A DNA stretch of 64,000 bases from positions 92,150-156,149 of the forward strand of contig JAUYMS010000042.1 of the NCBI GenBank assembly GCA_030698625.1, in the 5' to 3' direction. This document shows positions 19,741 to 28,751 of this stretch, in pieces (positions within the stretch are counted from its first letter, which is position 1; the number at the start of each line of letters is the position of its first letter). The position numbers were made by a program, and so were the translations under genes. The notes under the pieces are model-generated. The model saw nothing but the letters and a program-made list of their open reading frames with translations. It searched no databases and had not been told where the DNA came from. The stretch is from Candidatus Omnitrophota bacterium. GTDB lineage: Bacteria; Omnitrophota; Omnitrophia; Omnitrophales; Aquincolibacteriaceae.

Positions 19741-20562
19741 TTAAAGAAACCGCTCCAAGAACACGGCTGACTTTTCGAACAACTCTTCCTCATTTTTGTA
19801 GGATAGGATCTGGGAAAGGGCAAGGTCCTGCGCCGCGCGCTCAAGATTCTTTTCCTCACAGAGAACATAAAAGGGTATCGGCTGAACGGTCGGCATGCCC
19901 ATGAGCCGGTTGCGCAGGTTTAATGCGGCGGCCCAGCCCTCGGATGCCGGATCACATTGAGCCAAAACACATGCCGGGTGCGTCCTGATAGCTTGGCCGA
20001 AGGCTTCCTTCTCGTCTAGGGTGAATAGCGGAATAAATTGATGCGCAATGCGGCTTGACTTCATCTTATCCCGGTGATCGTCGCTCCAGCCGAAAAAAAC
20101 AACGTGGTATCGCTGATTCTCGCTCGAACAAGCTTCTGCCGGCTTTGTCGCAGCTTCAGGGCCCGCAGAAACCGGTAACTTTTCCGCATCAATTTCACCC
20201 AGAAACTCACGCACTTTTAAGAGGATATCATCCAGAGAAAAGGGCTTTGGGATAAACGCATACTTCTTCCAGTCCGTAAAGAAATCTTTCATTTTGGGAC
20301 GGCCCGACATAATAATGATGGGAATGTTAAGGACATGGTCGCCCTGCCCCTTCAATTTTTCAAAGACCTGATAGCCCGTCATTTCCGGCATCAACACATC
20401 CATGATAACCAAGTCCGGAATCTCGCGGATGATCGTCTCATAGGCTTCCGCACCGTTGCTCGCCGTAAAGACTTCGTACTGATTTTGCGTCAACCAGTCC
20501 TCGAGAACTGTCTTGATATCCTGCTCGTCATCAACAATAAGTATTTTTTTGCTCATCCCCAT
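19741..20562 (-). CDS. Response regulator receiver + degenerate second receiver
   Basis: LIVDDE, VIMDVLMPEMTGY, KPF. Confidence 0.88.
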   Translation of the reverse strand: MGMSKKILIVDDEQDIKTVLEDWLTQNQYEVFTASNGAEAYETIIREIPDLVIMDVLMPEMTGYQVFEKLKGQGDHVLNIPIIIMSGRPKMKDFFTDWKKYAFIPKPFSLDDILLKVREFLGEIDAEKLPVSAGPEAATKPAEACSSENQRYHVVFFGWSDDHRDKMKSSRIAHQFIPLFTLDEKEAFGQAIRTHPACVLAQCDPASEGWAAALNLRNRLMGMPTVQPIPFYVLCEEKNLERAAQDLALSQILSYKNEEELFEKSAVFLERFL

Positions 20563-20588
20563 GTCCTATCACAAAAAAGCTTAGCATA

Positions 20589-20810
20589 CTACGCTGTGAC
20601 TTCGACCACTTTTTCTTTTGAGCGATGCCCCGATACGAGCGTCAGGCAGGACTTTGGAAGATCGAGATGTCCACTGAGGGCTTCAAGAACGGCCTTGTTA
20701 GCGCGGCCTTCGTTGGGGGATGCTTTCACCCACACTCGGAAGTGCGTCGGATCAACCTCAACAACTCGAACTTGCTTCGCGTTCGGTTTCGTCTGTACAA
20801 ATAATTTCAC
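20589..20810 (-). CDS. DUF167/YggU family protein
   Basis: KPNAK, A.P.EGRAN, SG..S..K. Confidence 0.88.
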   Translation of the reverse strand: MKLFVQTKPNAKQVRVVEVDPTHFRVWVKASPNEGRANKAVLEALSGHLDLPKSCLTLVSGHRSKEKVVEVTA

Positions 20811-22252
20811 GCGACAAGAGTTTGAGTTAACTGGGGAATCACGAATCGAAAAGAACTGCCTTTACCCGGCTCACTTTCCACCCAGATACGGCCGCCGTGG
20901 CGTTCCACAATCTCTTTAGCGATCGCCAAGCCAAGCCCTGTCCCCTGTTGATTCTCAAGCGGGACACTGCTCCCCATGGCAAACTTTTCGAAGATCCGCT
21001 TCTGATCTTTTTCGGAAATGCCGGCGCCGTTGTCCATGACCGCAATCTGCACAAACTCCGTTCTCGTGCCTTGCGCGAGTGCCGGGTCCTTATAGAACAG
21101 TGTGCTTAGCGTCACCGCACCGCCCTTAGGCGTAAATTTAAAGGCGTTTCCGACCAGATTGACGAGCACTTGTTGGAGACGCTCGCGATCAGCTTCGACC
21201 ATGAGGGTTTCATCGTGAATATCCACACTCAAGCGAATCCCTTTGTCCTTTGCCCAGATTTTAAAGCTGGTGACAGTGTCATGGATAAGCTCCACTAACC
21301 GAAAGGGCTCTGTATGGAGCCGCACGGCCCCCGCCTCAAGCCTGGAAAAATCGAGGATGCTGTTGACTAGCTTTTCCAAGCGCACGGCATTACGCGTCGC
21401 GATTGAAAGACAACTACGTTGGTCCTCACTTAAAGCTGTGAGTTCGCCGTCCAAAGCTGCTAAGGACTTCTGAATGCAAATCAGCGGTGCCCGCAGTTCA
21501 TGCGTCACACTGGCAAGAAACTCGGTCTTATAGTCCTCAAGCTCCTTTTTCCCGGTAACTTCCGGGACAACCGAGAACATCCCCATGGTCTGGCCTGATT
21601 CAGTTTCAATGACGGCACTGCTCTCTCTGATGAGTTTTTCGGCCTTAGGATCATTGCTTAGGAGATCAATCGCGGCTGATTCCGATGCTTCCATCCGGTG
21701 CGCAAAGGATATGACCTGGCCCTCCTTCTGCGTAGCACCGATGGGCTTACCCAGCACCTCTTCCTTCTTAACCCCCAGCATTTTCTCGGCCGTTGCGTTC
21801 AGCATCAGGGTTTCCCCTTTCGCATTGACAACAATCACGCCCTCGGAAAGAGAGCGAACAACGGACTCCGTTTGCTTCTTTTCGCGGCCAAGAACCCGGA
21901 AATCCGCCGAGACCTCCTCAACTTTTTGCTCCAACGTCTTAAGGGTTTTATCTTTAGAGCTGATGACATCTTTGTAGGCACCGGCAAGTCTCTTTTCGAT
22001 CTGGTCCGTATTGCGGCTAATCTCGTTGCTCACAAAGCGCCCGACGGCTTCGCTTGCCTTGCCGAGGTTGATTCCGCTGATTTTCAGTTTACTGAGCTCG
22101 CTATGGACGGCCTTTAGGATCTTGGCAGTTTCAGGATCACTTGAGGTAGGGGTAAGCTTCCGGGGATCGGCAGTTCGCTGTGTCAGCAGAAACAGAATGA
22201 CCAAGCAAATCCCGATGACAGACGCCAATATAACGAGTGCCATAGTTCCCAT
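20807..22252 (-). CDS. Membrane-anchored PAS sensor histidine kinase
   Basis: N-terminal TM; PAS (SEGVIVVN..G...N..AE); THELRAPL; NLVGNAFKF; DNGAG; GTGLGL. Confidence 0.92.
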   Translation of the reverse strand: MGTMALVILASVIGICLVILFLLTQRTADPRKLTPTSSDPETAKILKAVHSELSKLKISGINLGKASEAVGRFVSNEISRNTDQIEKRLAGAYKDVISSKDKTLKTLEQKVEEVSADFRVLGREKKQTESVVRSLSEGVIVVNAKGETLMLNATAEKMLGVKKEEVLGKPIGATQKEGQVISFAHRMEASESAAIDLLSNDPKAEKLIRESSAVIETESGQTMGMFSVVPEVTGKKELEDYKTEFLASVTHELRAPLICIQKSLAALDGELTALSEDQRSCLSIATRNAVRLEKLVNSILDFSRLEAGAVRLHTEPFRLVELIHDTVTSFKIWAKDKGIRLSVDIHDETLMVEADRERLQQVLVNLVGNAFKFTPKGGAVTLSTLFYKDPALAQGTRTEFVQIAVMDNGAGISEKDQKRIFEKFAMGSSVPLENQQGTGLGLAIAKEIVERHGGRIWVESEPGKGSSFRFVIPQLTQTLVA

Positions 22253-22262
22253 ATCGCCGCCT

Positions 22263-22271
22263 ATTATAGCA
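22263..22271 (-). promoter_or_regulatory. Extended -10 (TGcTATAAT) 10 nt upstream of the kinase ATG
   Basis: Reverse complement of attatagca; no SD in between. Confidence 0.55.
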
Positions 22272-22373
22272 AAAAAAGAGCGAGTCTTTGCTCAAATTCG
22301 TTGAAAAAAGGGCGTGTTTTGATAGTATCTCCCCCTATCTATTTCATTTTGTAAGTTATGTTATGAGGTCCGT

Positions 22374-22994
22374 ATGAAAGCATTAAAAAAGTCGCCTCTT
22401 AGCGAAGCCGCTGCGGGACTGGATCCGGTAGTCCTTTTCGGAAAGTGGTTCCGGCGAGCGGAGCACAGCGGCATCTATAAAGCAAATGCAATGACTCTTG
22501 CGACTGTCGCGGCAGGCGGCAGGGCGGCGACGCGAACCGTTTTATTGAAAAGTCATGACTCCCGTGGGTTCATATTTTTCACCAATTATAGAAGCCAGAA
22601 AGCACGCGAGCTCAAGAGATCGGCAAATGCGAGCCTGCTGTTTCATTGGGCGATTTTGGGCAGACAAGTCCGTATTGACGGCCGCGTAAAAAAAGTCGCG
22701 CGCGCGGAGTCTGAGGCCTACTTTGCAACGCGGCCCCGGGACTATCAGTTGGGCGCATGGGCATCGGACCAAAGCAGCGTCGTTCGAAGCCGTAAAGCCA
22801 TGGACAAACGCATGGATGCGGTCAAGAAGAAATTTTTCGGACGCAGCGTACCCTGCCCCGCGCACTGGGGCGGCTACCGCTTAGCCCCGAAGCGGATGGA
22901 GTTCTGGCAGGAAAGACCGGGAAGATTCCACGACAGACTGCGTTATACGAAGATTAAGACAGACAGATGGCGCCGTGAACGGCTTGCGCCTTAG
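22374..22994 (+). CDS. pdxH: Pyridoxamine 5'-phosphate oxidase
   Basis: RTVLLK, FFTNY.S.K, GAWASDQS, WGGY, EFWQ.R..R.HDR, RLAP. Confidence 0.96.
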   Translation: MKALKKSPLSEAAAGLDPVVLFGKWFRRAEHSGIYKANAMTLATVAAGGRAATRTVLLKSHDSRGFIFFTNYRSQKARELKRSANASLLFHWAILGRQVRIDGRVKKVARAESEAYFATRPRDYQLGAWASDQSSVVRSRKAMDKRMDAVKKKFFGRSVPCPAHWGGYRLAPKRMEFWQERPGRFHDRLRYTKIKTDRWRRERLAP

Positions 22995-23527
22995 CCGGAG
23001 GCGTGCCGGAAAAACCAGAGTAGGGCCGTCAGAGACAGTCCGTCATTGATCTTATTTTCATCGATCAATTGCTTCACTTCACCCTGCAATAACCACTTCA
23101 CTTCAGCGACTTCAGCAACATCGTGTAACCCTACGCGCTTGCCGGCGCGGCACTTGATTATATGAAACATTTGATTGCTGATGCCGATCGACGGGTAGTA
23201 GGCAAACAGACTTTCCGCATCCTGAGTCTCATAGCCGGATTCTTCCAAGACCTCACGCCGACCCGTCTGGATCACCGACTCCCCCTTCTCCACACTGCCG
23301 GCAGGGATTTCCCACTCGATGCTATCGATAATATAACGATAGGACCGAATCATGAGTATGCGTTCCTCCTGATCAAGCACCAGTACGCCAACTCCTTCTT
23401 TGGGATAATCGACAACGTGGTGTTCATCGACAATTCGCCCGCCGGGCATTTCCACACGGTCGACATGGAGGTTGACCCATGAGCTCTTGTAGATTGTTTT
23501 TCTTTCGAGCTTTTTAGGAAATGTCAT
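22991..23527 (-). CDS. NUDIX hydrolase (ADP-ribose pyrophosphatase-like)
   Basis: EIPAG.VE.GE.....RREVLEESG Nudix box. Confidence 0.9.
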   Translation of the reverse strand: MTFPKKLERKTIYKSSWVNLHVDRVEMPGGRIVDEHHVVDYPKEGVGVLVLDQEERILMIRSYRYIIDSIEWEIPAGSVEKGESVIQTGRREVLEESGYETQDAESLFAYYPSIGISNQMFHIIKCRAGKRVGLHDVAEVAEVKWLLQGEVKQLIDENKINDGLSLTALLWFFRHASG

Positions 23528-24450
23528 TTGGATGTGCCCGCATTCAAAATAGATTCCAGGGCCTCTCGAAGTTGCGGATGTTTAAAAGGGTAAGCGGCAC
23601 GTTTCAATTTCTCGGGCACCGCGCGCTGTCCCGTCAGGAGCATATCTGACATCTCTCCCAGCATGAGCTTAAGCATGAAGGCCGGCACAGGCGCCCAGGA
23701 TGGGCGATTCATCACCCGGCCCAGGGTGCCGCAAAAATCCTTCATGTTGACCATCTCCGGGGCCGTGACGTTTACGGGACCGGCCAGTTCGGGATGTTCG
23801 AGGGCAAACAAAACGGCGCCTACGACATCGTCGCGATGAACCCAAGGAAACCACTGCTTTCCCGATCCGAGCGGCCCCCCTAAGAAAAATCGGAAAGGCG
23901 GAACGATTTTCGCCATCGCACCTCCGCCCTGCTCAAGCACCACCCCCAACCGAAGCAGGACAACGCGAATCCCAAATTTAGCGACCCCGACGGTTTCGGC
24001 TTCCCATTGCTGACACGTATCTGCGAGAAAACCTTCGCCCTTGGGCCGTTCTTCACCGGCCGCTTCATGATCGACGTTACCGTAATACCCCACCGCAGAC
24101 GCATTGATAAAGACAGCGGGTTTACTGCGGGCTCGCTCTATGGCCTGCGCGAGTGCGGCGACACTCCCGACACGGCTCTGAACAATGCGCTCCTTTTGTG
24201 CACGCGACCATCGTTTGGCTGCAATGGACTCGCCGGTCAAGTTGATTACGGCTCCGGCACCATCCACTTCTTTTGCCCAAGCGCCTGCTCTTTTTGCATC
24301 CCAGGTCACGGTCGCAACCCGGTCGGGGTCAGAATTTTCCGGATGCCCCGGGGTGCGTGTAAGCAGAACGACCCGATGGTCTTCCCGGAGCAAAGCCTCA
24401 AGCAAACTTTTCCCGATAAAACCCGTACCGCCAGCCAAAATGATTTTCAT
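23524..24450 (-). CDS. TIGR01777 family (YfcH-like) oxidoreductase
   Basis: MKIILAGGTGFIG, NLTGE, SASA-like NASAVGYYG, GSGKQW.PWVH; RBS GAGGTGA favours start 24450. Confidence 0.9.
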   Translation of the reverse strand: MKIILAGGTGFIGKSLLEALLREDHRVVLLTRTPGHPENSDPDRVATVTWDAKRAGAWAKEVDGAGAVINLTGESIAAKRWSRAQKERIVQSRVGSVAALAQAIERARSKPAVFINASAVGYYGNVDHEAAGEERPKGEGFLADTCQQWEAETVGVAKFGIRVVLLRLGVVLEQGGGAMAKIVPPFRFFLGGPLGSGKQWFPWVHRDDVVGAVLFALEHPELAGPVNVTAPEMVNMKDFCGTLGRVMNRPSWAPVPAFMLKLMLGEMSDMLLTGQRAVPEKLKRAAYPFKHPQLREALESILNAGTSK

Positions 24451-24510
24451 GTCATCACCTCTTGTGTGTATTATAAGCCCTACCTCAGAGGATGGTAAGG
24501 GTTCTATTCT

Positions 24511-25356
24511 ATGTACCACATGCTAATTGTAGGCGCCGGCTATACCGGATGTGCAGTGACGGAACATTTCCGCCGCAAGAATCAGCGCGTGTGGGCGGTA
24601 GCCCGCAGCGCAAAATACAAAGAGAGAATCGAGTGTTCGGGGGCAGTGCCGGTTATCGCCGATCTAACAAAACCCGAAACCCTCGACGCGCTGCCGCAAG
24701 CGCACTTTATTATTATTTGTGCTGCACCTGACAACCGAGACGCAGAGAGCTACCGGAAAATTTACCTTGAGGGTATCGGCAATCTGCTCAAAGCCCGCCA
24801 AAAACAGCCTCCCCCTTTTCTGATTCTCTACTTATCCAGCACCGGTGTGTACGGTACCGCAATGGAAGGCTGGCTGGATGAGTCGAGCGCCCCTCAGCCT
24901 AATACGGAGCGGGCAAAAATCCTTCTGCAGGCCGAAGAGCTAGTCCTGCACTCCGGTTTCCCGTCCGCGGTATTCCGCCTATCGGGGATCTACGGCCCCG
25001 GCCGGAATCGTATCGTACCGCTTCGTGAAGGCCGGTGGCCGGAACCGGGTGATGATCGATATCTGAACATGATACACCTGGAGGATATTGTCCATGCCAT
25101 CCCGGTATTGCTTAACAAAGCCGAGACCGGACAGATCTATTTGGGAGTGGATGACGAGCCCGTGCTGCAGTCCGAATTGTGCAAGTGGCTGGCACCGCAT
25201 CTGGGCCTTCGCGATTTTGATAAGCACCTTCATTTAAAAACGTCTGCCCGACCCAAGCGTTACCGGAACAATAAATTAAAAAGCCTGGGTTATTCCTTCC
25301 GGTTTCCGACTTTTCGGGAAGGATACCAATCCTTTCTCACTGAAACTCATGGATAA
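24511..25356 (+). CDS. Atypical SDR / NAD-dependent epimerase (YeeZ-like)
   Basis: GAGYTG, LSSTGVYG, RLSGIYGPGR, IH.ED, PTFREG. Confidence 0.88.
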   Translation: MYHMLIVGAGYTGCAVTEHFRRKNQRVWAVARSAKYKERIECSGAVPVIADLTKPETLDALPQAHFIIICAAPDNRDAESYRKIYLEGIGNLLKARQKQPPPFLILYLSSTGVYGTAMEGWLDESSAPQPNTERAKILLQAEELVLHSGFPSAVFRLSGIYGPGRNRIVPLREGRWPEPGDDRYLNMIHLEDIVHAIPVLLNKAETGQIYLGVDDEPVLQSELCKWLAPHLGLRDFDKHLHLKTSARPKRYRNNKLKSLGYSFRFPTFREGYQSFLTETHG

Positions 25357-26095
25357 GAATACGTCCCCTGAAACGGCGTTAAAGCATTTGATCGCTGCAA
25401 GCGATCAAATCGTAATTTTTACGGGGGCCGGGATGTCGACCGAAAGCGGGGTCTCCGATTACCGCTCACAAGGCGGCTTGTGGCAGCGCTATCAGCCCGT
25501 CACGATCCGGGAATTTTTGACGGACGAAGAGAAGCGTCGGGAATACTGGCTGAGAAAAAAGGAGATGTACACCGAGATGCGCCGAGCCAAGCCCAATATC
25601 GGGCACACGGCCATTGCGAAACTTGAGCAAAAAGGAAAACTCCTCGGTGTTATCACTCAGAATATCGACGGACTGCATCAAATGGCGGGAAACAAACATA
25701 TCCTTGAGATTCACGGCACAAACCGCGAGGCGATCTGCTTAGACTGCAACTGCGTCATTCCCTTTGATCCCGTCTTCGCGCGGCTCGCCGGCGGCGAGGA
25801 CATTCCGCTATGCAAAGATTGCGGCGGATTGCTTAAACCCAACACGATCTCTTTCGGTCAGGCCCTGGACCCGGATGTCATCGATAAGGCCTTCGACTGG
25901 GCAAGGCGCTCGGACCTTTTCCTCGCCGTGGGATCCACACTGATCGTTGAGCCGGCGGCTTCGATCCCGAGAGCTGCCAAATCGGCCGGAAAGCCGCTCG
26001 TGATCGTCAACCGCGATCCCACACCGCTGGACGGCATGGCTGATCTTGTAATCTCAGCGACCATCGGCCCCCTGCTCGACACCGTGGTGAAATAA
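25349..26095 (+). CDS. cobB: Sir2 family NAD-dependent protein deacylase
   Basis: TGAGMSTESG, TQNIDGLH, IHG, two CxxC, VGST. Confidence 0.92.
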   Translation: MDKNTSPETALKHLIAASDQIVIFTGAGMSTESGVSDYRSQGGLWQRYQPVTIREFLTDEEKRREYWLRKKEMYTEMRRAKPNIGHTAIAKLEQKGKLLGVITQNIDGLHQMAGNKHILEIHGTNREAICLDCNCVIPFDPVFARLAGGEDIPLCKDCGGLLKPNTISFGQALDPDVIDKAFDWARRSDLFLAVGSTLIVEPAASIPRAAKSAGKPLVIVNRDPTPLDGMADLVISATIGPLLDTVVK

Positions 26096-26118
26096 GAAGA
26101 TTTTGATATAATAACCCC

Positions 26119-27135
26119 GTGGAAACAAAACCTTCATTCCGGATCAAAGAAGAAGACCTCCTGGAAAAGCGCATATCGGACCTTGGGCTTCAAATAAGCC
26201 AATCCGTCTTCAGCCCGCTCATTCAAAAGTTGTACCACGAATTGGACCAAAAGGGGCTCGTTTTCCGGCCGCCCTGTTTTCTTGCCGACGAATGGTTTGC
26301 GCCCGTCGGGGTTCCCGCGATCGGCATCCCTTTCTTTCTGGCCCATCCGCGACTTCGCAAACTTGAGCAGAAGATCATTTTGGAAGTCGAGGGAGGCACG
26401 CGCGCAACCTTCATGAAGCTCATCCGCCATGAAGCAGGACATGCCTATTCCTATGCCTACGGTCTTTACAAAAAAAAGCGCTGGCGCAGACTGTTCGGTC
26501 TCGCATCCAAGGAATATCCCGATACTTACAAACCGCGGCCTTACAGTCACTCCTACGTTCAACACCTGGAAAACTGGTATGCCCAAAGTCATCCCGACGA
26601 AGACTTTGCGGAGACATTCGCTGTCTGGCTGACCCCGGGGCTCAATTGGAAAAGGCGTTATCGCGGCTGGAAAGCATTCGGAAAGTTGGAGTATGTCGAC
26701 AAACTCATGAAATCTATCATGGGGAAAAGCCCGCGGGTTCGTCCGCATTTCAATCCGGACGAGTACTCGGGGCTCAGGATAAAGCTTAAAACCTATTACC
26801 GAAATAAGAAGAAACAATGCCAAGAATCTTATCCGGATTTTTACGATAACGATTTAAAAGCACTATTTACGGATGACCCGGATGAGCGTTCCGATACGAA
26901 GGCATACCGCTATTTGACACGATCGCATGAAAAAATATTGCGTTCCGTCGCCTTTTGGACTAAAGAAAAAAAATATACCATCGATCAATTAATGAGAGAC
27001 TTGATTTATCGGTGTCGCGGACTTAATCTATACATCCGAAAAGAAAATGGTCATTTGGATTTTGAAGTGAGCTCCTTTATTACGTCGCTCGTAACCACTT
27101 ACCTTCACACAGGGACGTTCAAACGGTCGAAATGA
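26119..27135 (+). CDS. Putative zinc-binding metallopeptidase
   Basis: RHEAGHA (HExxH), YAQSHPDEDFAETFA. Confidence 0.82.
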   Translation: METKPSFRIKEEDLLEKRISDLGLQISQSVFSPLIQKLYHELDQKGLVFRPPCFLADEWFAPVGVPAIGIPFFLAHPRLRKLEQKIILEVEGGTRATFMKLIRHEAGHAYSYAYGLYKKKRWRRLFGLASKEYPDTYKPRPYSHSYVQHLENWYAQSHPDEDFAETFAVWLTPGLNWKRRYRGWKAFGKLEYVDKLMKSIMGKSPRVRPHFNPDEYSGLRIKLKTYYRNKKKQCQESYPDFYDNDLKALFTDDPDERSDTKAYRYLTRSHEKILRSVAFWTKEKKYTIDQLMRDLIYRCRGLNLYIRKENGHLDFEVSSFITSLVTTYLHTGTFKRSK

Positions 27136-28157
27136 AAAAGAGCGGAAAAGAAAGGGTCCTGGTCGTGTGCAATTCTACGGGGCCCACCAAAATTGACCAA
27201 GACTTCTCCAAGGAGCTCAGAACCGAGGACTGGGAAACCGAGAACGACGTCTTGAAGGCCCTAAGGACGCTCGGCCATGATTGCGATCTTCTCGGTGTCT
27301 TTGACAGCACCGACGTCATCACTGAAAAGATCCGCCGGTATTGCCCCAATATCATATTTAACCTGGTCGAGCGCTTCAAGGGAGAAGCCGCCTATGACAG
27401 GGACATCGCTTCTTTCTTCGAGCTTCTCGGAGTGCCGTTCACGGGCTCCGGAACCACCGGCCTGACTCTGAGCAAGAATAAGGGAATTTCCAAGAAGATT
27501 CTCAGCTATCATAAAATACGCGTCCCGGCTTTCGTCATACTTCACCACGGAAAACCGGTTCACAGGCCGAGCCGCCTGCACTTTCCCATCTTTATTAAAC
27601 CCTTGAGCGAAGAAGCCTCCCTCGGAATTTCGCAGGCATCGTTTGTAGAGAATGACGATCAGTTCATCGAGCGCGTAAGATTCATCCACGAAACCATGGG
27701 ACAGGACGCCATCGCAGAGGAGTACATTGACGGAAGAGAGCTCTACGTAAGCGTGCTCGGTAACAAACAGCTTCGCGTCTTCCCCATCCGTGAAATGAAA
27801 TTCTCACAGGTGCCCGAGGACGAACCGAAATTCGCAAGTTACAAGGCCAAATGGGATAAGGCTTACCGGAAACGCTGGGGCATCCGAAATCAGTTTGCCG
27901 GCGGCTTGACAGAGGGGACAGAGGAAAAAATCAAAAAGCTCTGCAGGAAGATCTATCGTTTACTTTGCATCCGCGGTTATGCGCGTTTTGATCTGCGCCT
28001 GACCAGCGAAGACGAGATTGTCTTCATTGAGGCCAACCCTAATCCTATTCTCTCCGAGTGTGAGGATTTTGCGGTGTCTGCCCGTAAGGGAGGCGTCCCC
28101 TACCCGCAAATGATACAGAAGATTCTCAACCTCAGCGTAGCAAGAAATGGGTATTAG
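27132..28157 (+). CDS. ATP-grasp D-Ala-D-Ala-ligase-like peptide ligase
   Basis: PFTGS, KP..E.ASLGI, EEYIDGRE, GYARFD, EANPNP; lacks the Ddl GG.S.E N-terminus. Confidence 0.85.
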   Translation: MKKSGKERVLVVCNSTGPTKIDQDFSKELRTEDWETENDVLKALRTLGHDCDLLGVFDSTDVITEKIRRYCPNIIFNLVERFKGEAAYDRDIASFFELLGVPFTGSGTTGLTLSKNKGISKKILSYHKIRVPAFVILHHGKPVHRPSRLHFPIFIKPLSEEASLGISQASFVENDDQFIERVRFIHETMGQDAIAEEYIDGRELYVSVLGNKQLRVFPIREMKFSQVPEDEPKFASYKAKWDKAYRKRWGIRNQFAGGLTEGTEEKIKKLCRKIYRLLCIRGYARFDLRLTSEDEIVFIEANPNPILSECEDFAVSARKGGVPYPQMIQKILNLSVARNGY

Positions 28158-28708
28158 AAAGAAAGCGCGGACGACAGATCCTTTAGAGAGGGGTACTTCT
28201 GATCCTTCGGAGACAGAGTGTATTCGCCGTTGAGCTTGGGCCAGGGAATAGCCAACGCAGGATCATTCCACCGCACGCCCCGTTCGTGTTCCCGCGAATA
28301 GACATCCGTACACTTGTAAAAAACTTCGGTGTCGTCTTCAAGCGTACAAAATCCATGGGCAAACCCTTCCGGGACGTAGAGCATTTTCTTGTTATCTCCG
28401 CTTAGATTTTCGGTCACAAAATCACCATAAGTCTTAGAGCCCCGGCGGATATCCACTGCCACGTCAAAAATTTCTCCCCGAATAACACGAATCAGCTTTC
28501 CCTGCGCCTTGGGAGCCGTCTGGAAATGGAGGCCCCGCAAGACCCCGCGTGCAGAGCGACTCTGATTGTCCTGTATAAACCGCGCAAGGATTCCGTTCTT
28601 TTTGAATTCATCTTCACGATAGGCCTCATAAAAATAGCCGCGGGAATCGCCGTAGATTTTCGGCTCTATGAGAATGACATCGGGAATGGCTAGAGGAATA
28701 AAGTTCAT
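28154..28708 (-). CDS. rfbC: dTDP-4-dehydrorhamnose 3,5-epimerase
   Basis: DSRGYF, QDNQS.S..GVLRGLHFQ, GFAHGF. Confidence 0.96.
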   Translation of the reverse strand: MNFIPLAIPDVILIEPKIYGDSRGYFYEAYREDEFKKNGILARFIQDNQSRSARGVLRGLHFQTAPKAQGKLIRVIRGEIFDVAVDIRRGSKTYGDFVTENLSGDNKKMLYVPEGFAHGFCTLEDDTEVFYKCTDVYSREHERGVRWNDPALAIPWPKLNGEYTLSPKDQKYPSLKDLSSALSF

Positions 28709-28751
28709 GAACCGTATGATAAAGACCGTTTAGGAAAAACTCAAGGGGGGA

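Noticed and set aside
25349-26095. Sir2 as an anti-phage defence gene
   Set aside because: Canonical Zn-binding CobB-type sirtuin in housekeeping context
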